From Lytechinus pictus (Eukaryota), in assembly GCF_037042905.1 (NCBI RefSeq), contig NC_087246.1:6946001-7010000 (forward strand): a stretch of 64,000 bases of DNA, read 5' to 3'. The notes below the pieces were generated by a model, which worked only from the letters and a program-made list of their open reading frames with translations, did not search any database and had not been told where the DNA came from. This document shows, piece by piece, positions 51,601 to 64,000 of the stretch (positions are counted from its first letter, which is position 1; every line of letters starts with the position of its first letter). The translations under genes were made by a program, and so were the position numbers.

Positions 51601-54384
51601 GTATTATTAGGTGCATAAGGAGACGCATACAAAGAGGAATAAGAAGCGCTGGCCCTGTATTGCCGAGATGATGACAAGTCAACGCCATTTGGGACTTGAA
51701 AGTGAGTTGCCTGGATTTGCACCTTGGCTCGATCATCCATCTCATAGGAGGGCCTGACGCCTCCCCCTCTAACACTCGCATATAGGTTTGCTCTCTCCGT
51801 ATCATGGATTAAAGCATTGGAAATACCCAGTTAGCTTGCTATATGTGATTCTGATTGCAACGTGATACATGGAATTATCCCATTGGGGGTGTGCCATTGG
51901 ATATATTGCTACATTAATCATGGTCTTGGAAACCTTGTGAATAATAACAGATAGTAAACCTCTTACTGGAAATGAAGACTAGTGCAGAATGACCATGTAT
52001 GTTTCTTGGAGATTCCACGAGTCTCATTTGTTTTCATAGCTCTATAGAGTAAAGGTATGTTTACAAAATACTTCATTATATTATGAAGATGATAATGTTA
52101 CTCTGACACAGGCCTACACTCTTCTTTATAAGCAGAGGTATTTAATCATCCCTCAGTACGAATTTCCGGAGTTTATAGGCCTAACCAATTATGTTTATCT
52201 ACCGGTATCTCTTTTCTGTCCATAATACATTCACATATCCTGCATATATACATTTTTTTTTCATTTTCAACAGTTCTTGCATGCTGTTTCTAGGTTGAGA
52301 ATACAAAAGTATTTTTCTGTGCGGAAGTGTTGTTTTATTTGAAGAATTATGTCAATGGGAACAAGCGTTGTTGTGCATCACAGTCAATAGTACATGGGAT
52401 CGGTCGTAAGACAAGTGAGGGGTAATCAACATGTGATATGGGTAGAAAGACTGAGAGTGACTTTAGTGATCTGATGAAAACGCTTTCTACCTAAGCCCCC
52501 CTAACCCTCAGCGGAGATCTCCCGACACCCATCGTAGAATGCTCAACTTCCGTGGAGATTTCTTGGGCTTTCGACTCACTTTTAGGGGGTGAATTGCCGT
52601 CGATGGTGATCAAATCGATGATGTTATCACTCTATCTCTGTCTCTCCTTCTCTTGGATTCAGCTCAATTGGATGTATGTTTTAAGCAAGGACGCCATGTT
52701 TCTGCATGCTTACAGGAAGCTGGAAAAACAATAACTCTGAGGGAGAGGAATTTATGACAACTTGTGAATTGGATTCATACATACAATCTAAATGAGTGGA
52801 ATATATGCAAGGAGTATAAATTGGAATATACTCTTATTTAGGGCAAATATCAAAGGATAATATGTTTCTGTTGCAGTGATGGTGATTGTTTCTGCAGAAT
52901 AGGTGGACTTTGGAAGTAAAATCTGTGTTACAAGTTTGTATTGAATATAATTAGCCCTTCTATAGATCTAGTTCTATTTGCTCTGTTCACTGAAAAGTAA
53001 ATTTGAAAATATATATATTTGCTGATGATTGAAATGAAAATTAATAAAATATTTTTTCGCAATTTGTTTTTTCAAAAAGTAGAGAGTATATCATTCTTTG
53101 AGGATTTAATTGTGTATTTCCTAATAAAATGAGGAATTTTGAGGTCACACAAGAAATGTGATCACTTATTGTTCAGACAATAAAGAAATCATTCTGACCT
53201 CTGTAGATTTTGGGCACAGAACACAAATTGCAATTATGATTTAAGAAACTACATCATTTTTCTCAAGTGCCTTTTTCATTAAATGGATGAAGATATCCTA
53301 GGAAACCAGAACCACTATTTATTCAAAATTTAATTGGAATGATTGATTTGTTCTAGATAACACCCCCCCCCCCATTCTTTGATCAAATATCATGATTATA
53401 TGTAGGAGATTATGACAGGCTGGGCACATTTATTTGAACATGATTGGAAGTTCACATTTCCAGGGATGAAATCAAGCATCTTCAGTGTTGCCGTGACCTG
53501 AAACGCTCATCGACCACAAATAAAAGAAAATCAATAGCAATCAATATCCGACTACGCTTCGTCAGGAAATGAGTTCGGAAACACACATCGGGGGAAAAAA
53601 ATAATGGCATTCAACACCGATAGAATGATATTATGAGGACAGAAGATTGCAGCCTCCCTTTTTTAAACTGATTGTTTAAGATTCTTTATAATTCTTACAT
53701 GCTCTTCAACATTCTTTTTGAGATATATATGTAATATGTGAGATTAGCAAACAATAAGATATTCCAATGGATAGAATTTCATATTTCTCTTGATCTCTTC
53801 AATGTCTGTTCTTTTTTAGGAGACATTGGTCTTAATTCTTTTGAGCCTTTCCTTTCAAAGGTTTATGTATTCTTATTATGTATGACAAGAAGGCTACAAA
53901 TAAATTCCCCAAGTCATATATATATATACCATTTGTTCATGAGACATTTATTTTTCAAATTGGTATTGTCACAACTACTTTGATTATTTATTGTGTTAAT
54001 GAAGTTATCCTTTGTGATTATAAGAGACATGATAAATGAGCCCTAGGAATTGTCACATAGAGTGCTATTCATGGGGGAGATGTTCACATATGAAACCTCT
54101 CTTTACTGGAAATGACTCATGAAAACCATGATGGTTGAAAAATGGTGTAAAAGCACATGTTTTTTTAAATACACTGCAACAGGCCTGTATATGTTGTGTA
54201 TCCTATTACTTATTTATCATTTCAACTTAAGTGCTTCAGATTGGTATATCATACAATTCACACAATGACCTTGCCTTAATGACTTAGAATATCTAATTGA
54301 CACAGATGTACGAATTTGGGGTTATTAAGTTTGAATAAAGCAATTCTAAGCCATCTTTTCCTTCATTTTTTTTCATTTGTACAG

Positions 54385-54662
54385 TAATTCCAGTCACATT
54401 GGACCACCAAACCCAGGGTCGCGAGGTACACCGAATCAGCGGTCATCCAACCTTCAACCGTACCCCACCCCCCAATACCCACAGCAGCACAGTAGCCAGC
54501 CCAAGGGCCCTCCACCCCCTCATTCTAACCCACATATGTTTTCTTCTCCATTGTTGCCACCACCGCCACCTTTAACATCGAGCACACCACTGTCGGGAGG
54601 ACCTAACCCGGCTACACAGCCGCCACCCCACTACCCAGAACAACCATCAACGCACTATCCTC
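54385..54662 (+). CDS. AUTS2: AUTS2-family gene, internal Pro-rich coding exon containing HMFSSPLLPPPPPLTS
   Basis: Polypyrimidine tract plus tacAG acceptor (54383-84); GTAAGT donor at 54663; phase 2 to 1. The motif matches vertebrate AUTS2 NMFAPPTALPPPPPLTS (recalled). Confidence 0.9.
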
Positions 54663-54980
54663 GTAAGTATACCAGTAACAATAACAATAATGATAATAAT
54701 ACTGTCATTTCTATAGTGCTTTTACAATCTAAAAATTGTTTCTCAACACTTAACAAAGCAATTGCATCCCGGAAAAGAGTCGAAATGAAACAATGAATCA
54801 TTCCCAACTTGTTCAGTTGATCGTTCTACTCGTACTTGAGTAAGATTATTTTCCCCTCTGTCATGTGCTGACTTTATGACGGGTTCATAACACTTGTTTG
54901 CTAACAAATTTTTACAAATTCACAGTACATCAATATCCGCAATCCACAGGATTTTCTATTATGGTAAGATATTAAATACA

Positions 54981-55140
54981 CAGGTGGGTGTTTCACAAAA
55001 CTGTTCGTAAGATACAAATGACTTTGCGCACGACTGGTATTCTTTTCTCATGCCAAGTGATATATCCCTATGTAATTGAGTTAGGACCCAAGATCCAGTT
55101 TTGCGTAACTTTACGATCAGCTTTATGAAACACACACCAG
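54981..55140. mobile_element. Short MITE
   Basis: Imperfect TIRs ggtgggtgtttcacaaa / tttatgaaacacacacc. Confidence 0.65.
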
Positions 55141-58100
55141 ATATGATATACAATGAGAGGAAGTTCATATAAACTTAATATGAAAGAGACCATTTTGGAA
55201 TCTTTTTAGGATTAAGTATCCTGTGCTTGAATTTTAGTTGAGTTTTTTTCTGAGACTCATTTTAACAAATGAAAACCTATGCAAACAATTTGGAATTTTA
55301 GATTGAGAGGTTGAAGTATATAAATCATACTAGAGTGCAATAACAGACGTATGTTGTTTTTAAAATCTCCTGAAAATGGATGGGACATATTCTTGGACAA
55401 TAATATAAATAAGGGTTTTCTTAATGCTTGGGCAATCATTGTGAGTTGAGCATACAAACATTCGCTTGAACACTCAGAGAAAATTAAAACGAAATGTCAA
55501 CTGATAGAGAAAACGTCAGCAAGGGGATACCTACAAAGACGGGGATGCCCTTTTGCTGACATCCATTTTTGGATTGAGAGAAAATTGGGAAAACAAATAG
55601 ATGGATTTTTTAAATGTAAAGCGAATGCAACAAATGTGTACGGGTAAGATGGATTGTGGATACATGTGAGTACGTATAGGTTATGGGAAATTGCTTGAGG
55701 TCACTCCCCTCTATTATAATTCTATGATTTATCAGCAATTTATCCATGACTTATGCTTAATGGAATAAAGTTAAATATGGCAACTGCATGCTGTTGATGG
55801 CTGCTGCTCAGGGAGGAGAATGCACAGAACTGTAAGTTGATTTAGGTCTTGGGAATAGTGCAGAAAGAGAGTGCACAAATTTGGTATAATTTGTTCAAAG
55901 GAGGAACGAACGCTTGGATACGCTGTTAGTGTAATGAAGTTGCATCCCGAGTTAGATTGCTTTGGAATGAGTAAATGGAGATTGCTGGAATGCAGTCGTG
56001 TCTGTACTAGGTTTAACGTTCATCATAATCTCATTTCAGGTCGAAAACTGGTCAGCTAGGGATTCTTACTATCTTTTCACTTCTTAGGGGTCAGTCAGCG
56101 GTCATTGTGCTTTCTATGTCCTATGGCCATTCTCATGGATATAATTCAATAAATCCTTTTATTTAGTCACCAAATACAATTTTGTTACTCAGTCATTTGG
56201 CAAGCTAATTGAAAGGAGAGGTAAACCCTGTTTGCTACTATGTTGAATCATCCCTCATTTGTAAATTTAATATTTTCAGCTGATTCATGAATTCTGTCCA
56301 GTATCATCAATATAAACCTCCAGTCTTTTGGAGGCATTGTAGTCGTAGTTTGTTTGTTTTTAAGGGGAATAGGAAAGGTTCTTAAATTTGTATTTCCCAT
56401 GTAGGTCTGTATAGGTCTAAGTGATAGTTTGCCTTGAAGTAACATTTTTGATGAAAAGAGTTAATACCTGTATCCATCTTGGAATCTGTCTGTATTTATT
56501 GGGAAAGTACAATTCTTTTCCCATTCATTTGTCAATTTTTGTTGTGAAATTGATCACCAATATCTTTACATTTCATGCAAACAAGGAATTGGCTCAAGCA
56601 AATGACCCATGAACCCAAATCTCGAATTTTCTGTTTCAAAATTGGACGCGTTGACTCTATTGTGACCTTTATAGAATCTTGTCAATTTAGTTGGTCAATT
56701 GAACATTCTATAAATGACAAAGTGTTGTCCAGTCTCAATATCTGTTATTATTCCAGAATGGTAGAATCTTGATAGCTTGCATTGCCAAGTTTATTCCTCA
56801 AATGTTGATGAAACTGATTTTTTATTGCCAAGAGATGAGACATTGTCTCCCAATCGTAATAAGGTAGAGGTGCTTGTGTACTTTGAGTATTGTTAAATTT
56901 GATTTTGTGGTTTGGTGATGTGACCTGGCAGTTATATTAAATAGAGAATTGCCGATGTGTCTTTATCTTTTGTCTTATCTGTGCGAGATTTCATTTAATC
57001 TATTCGCAAAAAAACCCAAAAGCTAATATAGGTTAGATCCAGTCCAACAATTATTACTGATTATTATTTTTTGGTATAACAGGAAGATATTACATTAGAT
57101 AGTATATATTTAAAAGTAATATAGTAATTATGATTGGGAAAAAAGTAGGAAATGTTGTCTTATGCTGATATGAACACACTAGAAACTAGAAAAATGCAGA
57201 AAAGTCACAAATTCTTTTTTTTCTGAAAGAAAATTCTTTTTCAGGATTCCCATTTGATAAACTTATTTGGTTTTATTATCTATAAAAATCTGCAATTGCA
57301 AAAAGGATGGGGAAATTAATTGAAATTTGAATTAACATTGTGTAATAAAATACAAAAAGATGGGAAGATTTAATTCAATATGACATGCATGGAACTGTTT
57401 CAATTGAAAAGAGGAAAAATCCAAACTTTAAACTAGCAAAACTCTATTTTTTCATCTCAATTTTCTGCCTGGGGTACACCTTTCAGAAGCAGAGCTTGTG
57501 TTGGCACAACTTATTGGACATCCATTTCTCTATAAGTATCAACAATACTCAAAGAATAATATTGTAAAAAAATATTCCATTAAAGAGAGAGAATATCTCT
57601 GTTTTAAACTTTTGGAAGGAAGAGAGGATATAGTCATAAATTGTCCTCTTCCTAGTTTGGAAATTGGGGGAAATTTGGCAGAAATGTTTCCCAATCCTAC
57701 AAGTCAGGAAGTGGTTCTGCTTCAGCCTCCAGGGTACCCTAGCAGAACTAACCATTCATTTTTACTTTTCTGTAAAAAGATGCCTGATACGCTTCAAAGT
57801 CTTGCTGGGGAAAGATATTCCCTCGTTCCGCCGGCCCCCAACAGTTTAAGCTCTATGACCTTGCCTCTAAGATGCTTATATCTCTTTGACGAGAATAGAA
57901 ATGCTAAACGATTAGGACTAAATTTAGCAGACTCTTCATAAATGCAATGGATCCAAATCCATGGAAAGCTGTGTATGCGTTGGGGTATTATATATTGCGA
58001 GGAAGGGGATTGTTGGCAGTTGTATTTGAAGTAAGTTCATGGGATGGTAAGAGCAAAGTACATGCTATCCTCCATTTCCTGTTCAATTTTGCCTGGAAGT

Positions 58101-61100
58101 ACCAAAAATGGTTATGCACCAAGGGTAGAGCAAGTGAAAATGGCATAGAGAATCGTACTAGGATGTTAGAACTCCCTGTAAATTCAAGTTAGTTCGAGAA
58201 ATATCTGGTGGAAGTTAAGACTTCCTAACAAAATACATTAAAAATTATTTGTTTTTTATATTCACTTTCTACATTTTAGTATACACTAAACTTCCAAATC
58301 TGTCAAGCTATAATTTTTTTTGTTAAAAGAAGATAATTTTTAGATGGCTGTGTACAAAGGATAATCATCTATCACAGGAAATCGAATTGAGATATATGAT
58401 GAGATAAACTGATATAGTAGCAATCGGTTTGATTGAACACTGACTGGCTTTAATCCGATATGGATATCAAGTTACTTTTGGAGTTCGCTGAGATGCCTTG
58501 TTAATTTGTTTGTGTCTATAGTGCCTCCCATTTAGTAGAACAGTGTCTATTTTCAGACAGTTATATCAATAAACAAATAGATCTTTTCATTGAGTGGAAA
58601 TCACTGGGCTTATTAGGATTAGGATCAGACACACAGTAGCTGATATCTAAGTTTCTCCCTCAAAGATCTAGTGGATACTTTCGACATTGTTTTGTTGGAG
58701 AGCGAGGGGAAACTGGCAGGACGAAATGAGATAATTGAACTGTTTCCTTTCTGCGGTTGAAAAGTAAGCCTTCAGGTTTTTGCTGCTTCCCTCATTGGTT
58801 TTGAGGTGCAGCCAAAGGGAATGGCTGGCTTATGATGCCAACACGCAAGTTATTTAAAAATGGATTGAACTTTGAGAGATCTGTAGCATTGATGTTGTTT
58901 TCATGTATGTAGAAATGTCTACAATTCCATTGGGTCTGTGGTCAGGGAAAGGTTACTGGACAAACAAACAAGCTATTCCAAAACATACCACTATTATATT
59001 ACATTTGATTCACTTGACATCCAAATTAACTATTTAATCTTTTTAGTTTACTACTTTAATGGTATTTTCTTTTGGCGCTTTCACTTGGAAAGAATGTTTT
59101 CATTCAATAGCACATTTTTATACATTTACTGTTAAAGAGCCTTAGTAAATAGGAGGGTCTATGTGTTGAATTGAGAGTAGCTATGCTGTATTCATGATTT
59201 GGTTGTATATTGTTGCCTTAGAAAGCGATGACTGTATAGATCTCTCAAGGGTAATGCAGGAAGATGAACGGTGTGATGTTAAATAACTCATACCCCTATA
59301 GATCTCAAGATTATAAACTTGATAAACAGCCCCTGTGTATTCTGTCACCCCAAATCACCTCTTAATCTTGGTAGATTGAATGGATCATCTCATGTGGGTT
59401 ACCTTTTCTACCCCTTCCTTTAATACCCTTGGCATGGTTGATCTATGAAGATTATATCAAGAAGTCTTGAAGAGGGTGATGTGTTATTAATTGATCCCGC
59501 TAAGCTTTCATGTTGGTTGACCTCACTCTACTATTATTAGTCACATCTAAATATATTTAAAGTGGATATTATTGAGCAGTCTCTGTAATGTCACTGTGCT
59601 GAATTGGATCAAATGAATCCCATAGCTATCATCAACAGATTGAAATAAATGAGACTTTGATTGATTGAGATGCAACTATTTCAACTATTCCATGCATGTT
59701 GAACAAAGAAATTGCCATTCCTATACCTATCTTTATCTTTAAGGTCATGTGATTAATGTGACTTCTTTGTATATTGTTTTTAAAATGTCATTTTCTTTCA
59801 CTTTAGTCCTGTATATGTTGGGCAATTGAAGTGTATTAGATAAGAACATTCCAATGAATCATATTCATATTGAGAATACGTTCATTTCCTATCTGTTGAT
59901 CCGAAGAAGAGCCGTCATTTCCATCTTCCCAATGTGAGTGGATTGTTAGGCAGATTATACATATTGGTGCTGTGCTTAAGTTGGACATCCCTCTAATGCG
60001 TATATGCATTGCAAACCAGACAGGCAGTCTACATAAGTATGAAAATAGATTATTAGTTAATCCTGCCTCTCTATCAAGTGCAACTATGGAAGCACCTACC
60101 AAGGTCAGGGAGACAATGAAGCAAGTTAACCTTGTAATCGTCTTGTTTACATTTGTCCAGCAGGCTGTAGACAATCACCAGATTGCTCCTGTGTTCACAT
60201 CAGGCGTTAGTAGATTCCCAGTCGCTGTCACTTAATGGGCGACAAATCACGCCTAATTAGCACTTAATTCAATTAGGAAGGGGTTCATCTGATTCAGAAA
60301 TCAAATGGCCAAGTGAAGGAGATGCTTGGAACAGAGACAAATTCAATTTGGTGGTGGGGATTATGACCTGAGCTCCCCAATAAAATAAATTTTGAATGAA
60401 GACTCATGTACTAAGAGCAAAACAATGAATAGTATAACAGATTAAAGAGCAAAGAAAAAATTGAGATTGAGAATAAGCCAGCAGGGTGTAACCATGCTAG
60501 GCAAATTGGCAACACGGTACTAATGACGACCACGACTGAGTAACGAGCTCCTTAATTGGAATTACTCGTCATGCCATCTGACGTACTTTGGAAATAGCAC
60601 TGACTATAGGGTATCACTAATGTACTCAATTTAGCATTGATGGCCTGTTATTATTAGGCCATTATGAGGCTAAATTGATGAAGTTAGACTCGACACATTG
60701 CATTATCACACAGATCTGGAAATATGATACACAAATTTAACCTCAGACATTTAAAGGTCCATTTGTTTGCACCGCCATTTTTCAACTGTGTGTATGTATG
60801 TGTGTACAGGTGGCTATCCTATACTGCGGCTAGATGATGATGTACATGTAGGCAAGTTGACATAGCAAACATGCATACTTTCGATCACTTTATATTCCAG
60901 ATGTTTGCAAATTTGCATGGCATTAAGAGTGATTTGCTGTCATTCTTACTCAATGGAATAGACAGATGTGGATCAGATCTTCTGTCTTTCATATGAATAA
61001 CAACTAAATACACATTTACATTTACATGAAGAGATGACAAATGTCTATGTTCGCTGATGACAAATAAACAGTGATTATTTTTAGCTTTTGTAAGACTGAG

Positions 61101-61469
61101 TCAATTATGAGGTGCTGTAGATAAGTGGCCCTAGAGTATGTGACATTTCCCAAATGTTTGCTTTTTAAAAATGAGTACCTTAATTACATTAGGGACATGA
61201 CAGTCATTAACAATAATTTTGTTGTTCTAATTTTTATGTGCCCTTTTTAATTAAGGCATTGAAAGTTGAATGATGACTGTTTGAATTTGACTCGAGTTAA
61301 TGTATTCTTGAGAGAATTTGTGATTATATTTCACTCTTTACATTAAGATTGAAATTTCTGTGGTGATTGTCATTTAGTATTCCACATTCATTTAAAGTTA
61401 TGGATGAAACATTGATTATTTATATATCTTAATGTGTTTCCACGTAAGCATTAAATTGACAAGTATTAA

Positions 61470-61943
<474 letters not shown>

Positions 61944-64000
61944 TAGCCATATAGGGTTTATGAAGGATGGTCTTCAAGTCCTTGATTACAAGCTATTGAC
62001 GTTAATGACATTCCTAGAGTAACAGTAGGATCATGCAGTGCTTGTAAATGATCAAATTGGGATTTTCATATCCATAACTCCATAATATTCATTCACCTTT
62101 GAATATTCGGTGTCAATCAGGTCTATTTCTGAATTGTTTTTTGTAAGGCAATGCTTGGGTTCCAATAGTTCTTTTTTGGTTCTTTTTTATAGTGATAGAT
62201 GTACAAATGTATAGTAAGTGCCCATTTAGGAATGGAAGATTCTCAGAAGGCCAGGAAGGAAGAAAGGTTTTTTCTTGAGAATATTTGTCTGACTTTTAGA
62301 TGACTTTGTTTTTATTGAAGGAATTTCTTTGCTGTGGCTGCTATTCCTCTGCTCCCATAATCTCATTCAACCATTAGGCCAGGCAGTGTAAGATAGCAGA
62401 TAAGTTCAAGTTACCTCCTATTGTTATCAAATATCATCTCAGGGAGATTGCAGGGGAAAAGGTTTCCACAGAGGGATAATACAATATGGCTGTTTCAGTC
62501 AAAACAAGCAAGAGAGCCAACACTTTGCAATGGTAGGTAGCCCTCACGATGGCCCAGTTATAACTAGGTCACTGTCAGAGCCATAGAGGTATCTTGGTCA
62601 TCTCAGTAGGCAATGTGACCAGGCAGCGTCTGGAGATTAATCGATTCGTGACTTAGGTAGATACGCAGCCAGATGCTATGCAATTATTGCTTTATCTGCC
62701 TGTACCTTTGTTTTATTGAATTTTGGGGCCTGGAAAACATGAGCCTCCTTGATCTTTGCATAATACGTCACAGGTTTTAGGTCCATTGGTGAAGGGCTTG
62801 AGGTAGAGTGGAGATAGGGGCGATAACTTATAGTTAGGTCTTGGAACCACAATCCATTGATAAATTAGTGTTGTGAACAGATTAGGGGAATGAAAAGGGC
62901 AGGTTTAAAAGAAGGCTTTGTTGGACATTCATTTGAACCGTTATCGCTAAATCAAAACAGGCTAGAGTTTAAATCGGTCAGAGTAAAGGTGGTACATAGA
63001 AGAATGATTAATAAGAGGGTTGGAGACCTTTAGGTAACAATAGAGGTACCCCTTTTACTGTCACTACCTCGTCATTGGTTGATTCCAATCACATGTCACT
63101 AATCATCTGCCCAATCAGAATCACATGCAAGGATCAGGATGGTTTAAAGCCCAGAGGATCACCCTTTTTCTTTATTCTTCTCCACCAACAGATGGAGTCA
63201 ATAAGGGTTCTTCCCCCAAATGGGGGTTGACAGAAGGTGTGAAGTAATGTTGTCTAGAGATATGGGCGGTTGCGTGTTGAGATCGAATCCCATTCTCAGG
63301 GGTACAGTCTAGACTCACATGCGCACTTTTCTGAACTTTAACCGGGATACACAGACGGCATCTTTGTGGTTGGTTCTAATTTAGTTAGACATGGGAGGAG
63401 TGGTAGATTGCCGGGTTAAGGGTTCTTGAAATGTGCTTAAATATCTGATTCTGGGAGAATGTTCTATCTGTAAACATGGAGCATAACAGTCCTATTCAGT
63501 TCATTGCACTTCAAGGTTGTTTGGTTTATATCACCCTTCATTTTGACTTTATACAAATTTACAATCAAATCAAATAAGTGGGACCTGTTGGCTTGCAATC
63601 AAATCAAGGATAATAGTAAACCTTATACTATACCTTATACTTTATACTTATTAAACCTTATACCTTTAACTTATTACCTTATTAGTAATATCACTCCCAT
63701 TATTTACGAAGAGATATATACTTTTAAATAGGAAGATAGGCTTATTGCTGATTCATTGAAAATGTGGAGGAAGTGAGTGTGTAGTAGATGTACATAAATG
63801 TTGCATGTTAGCATTGATTTTAAAACATCACTCATTATAATGATAGATTCATGATTCCTGTCAACATCACATTCAAGGTTTCCTTGATTTAGGAAAGAGG
63901 AAAGAGAGTAGTTGGTGATATGGAGTTGGCCTAGGTTCGGCTGGGGGGGGGGGGGTGAGGGGCATCACAGACAATGAACAACTCATCCTTCCTCCTGCCC

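Noticed and set aside
57498..57941. 147 aa ORF
   Set aside because: No recognisable motif, and not needed because the flanking exons already join in phase.

Overview
Eukaryotic, AT-rich, mostly intronic DNA. The repeat types suggest an invertebrate deuterostome, probably a sea urchin (inference). The window lies inside a large + strand gene of the AUTS2/FBRS/FBRSL1 (Drosophila tay) family. Four coding exons (25319-25370, 46053-46569, 54385-54662, 61510-61853) have canonical GT-AG sites and mutually compatible phases. They encode the family motifs MF..P.LPPPPPLTS, LRQELNxRFLAS, PPPYLR.E and the HQ/HX repeat; the full-length start codon and the stop codon lie outside the window. The introns hold a 7.7 kb foldback (Academ-like) DNA element whose ~1 kb inverted arms carry 13 RFX X-box-like palindromes. 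Nested inside it are a Tc1 MITE, a SINE, an L2 fragment and a Vingi/Ingi-like LINE. Elsewhere there are several MITEs, two more SINEs, a 185 bp tandem duplication, simple repeats and many enhancer-like non-coding blocks, including a dense TAATCC (Otx-type) cluster. Comparisons with vertebrate AUTS2 and transposon superfamily assignments are from memory, not from database searches.
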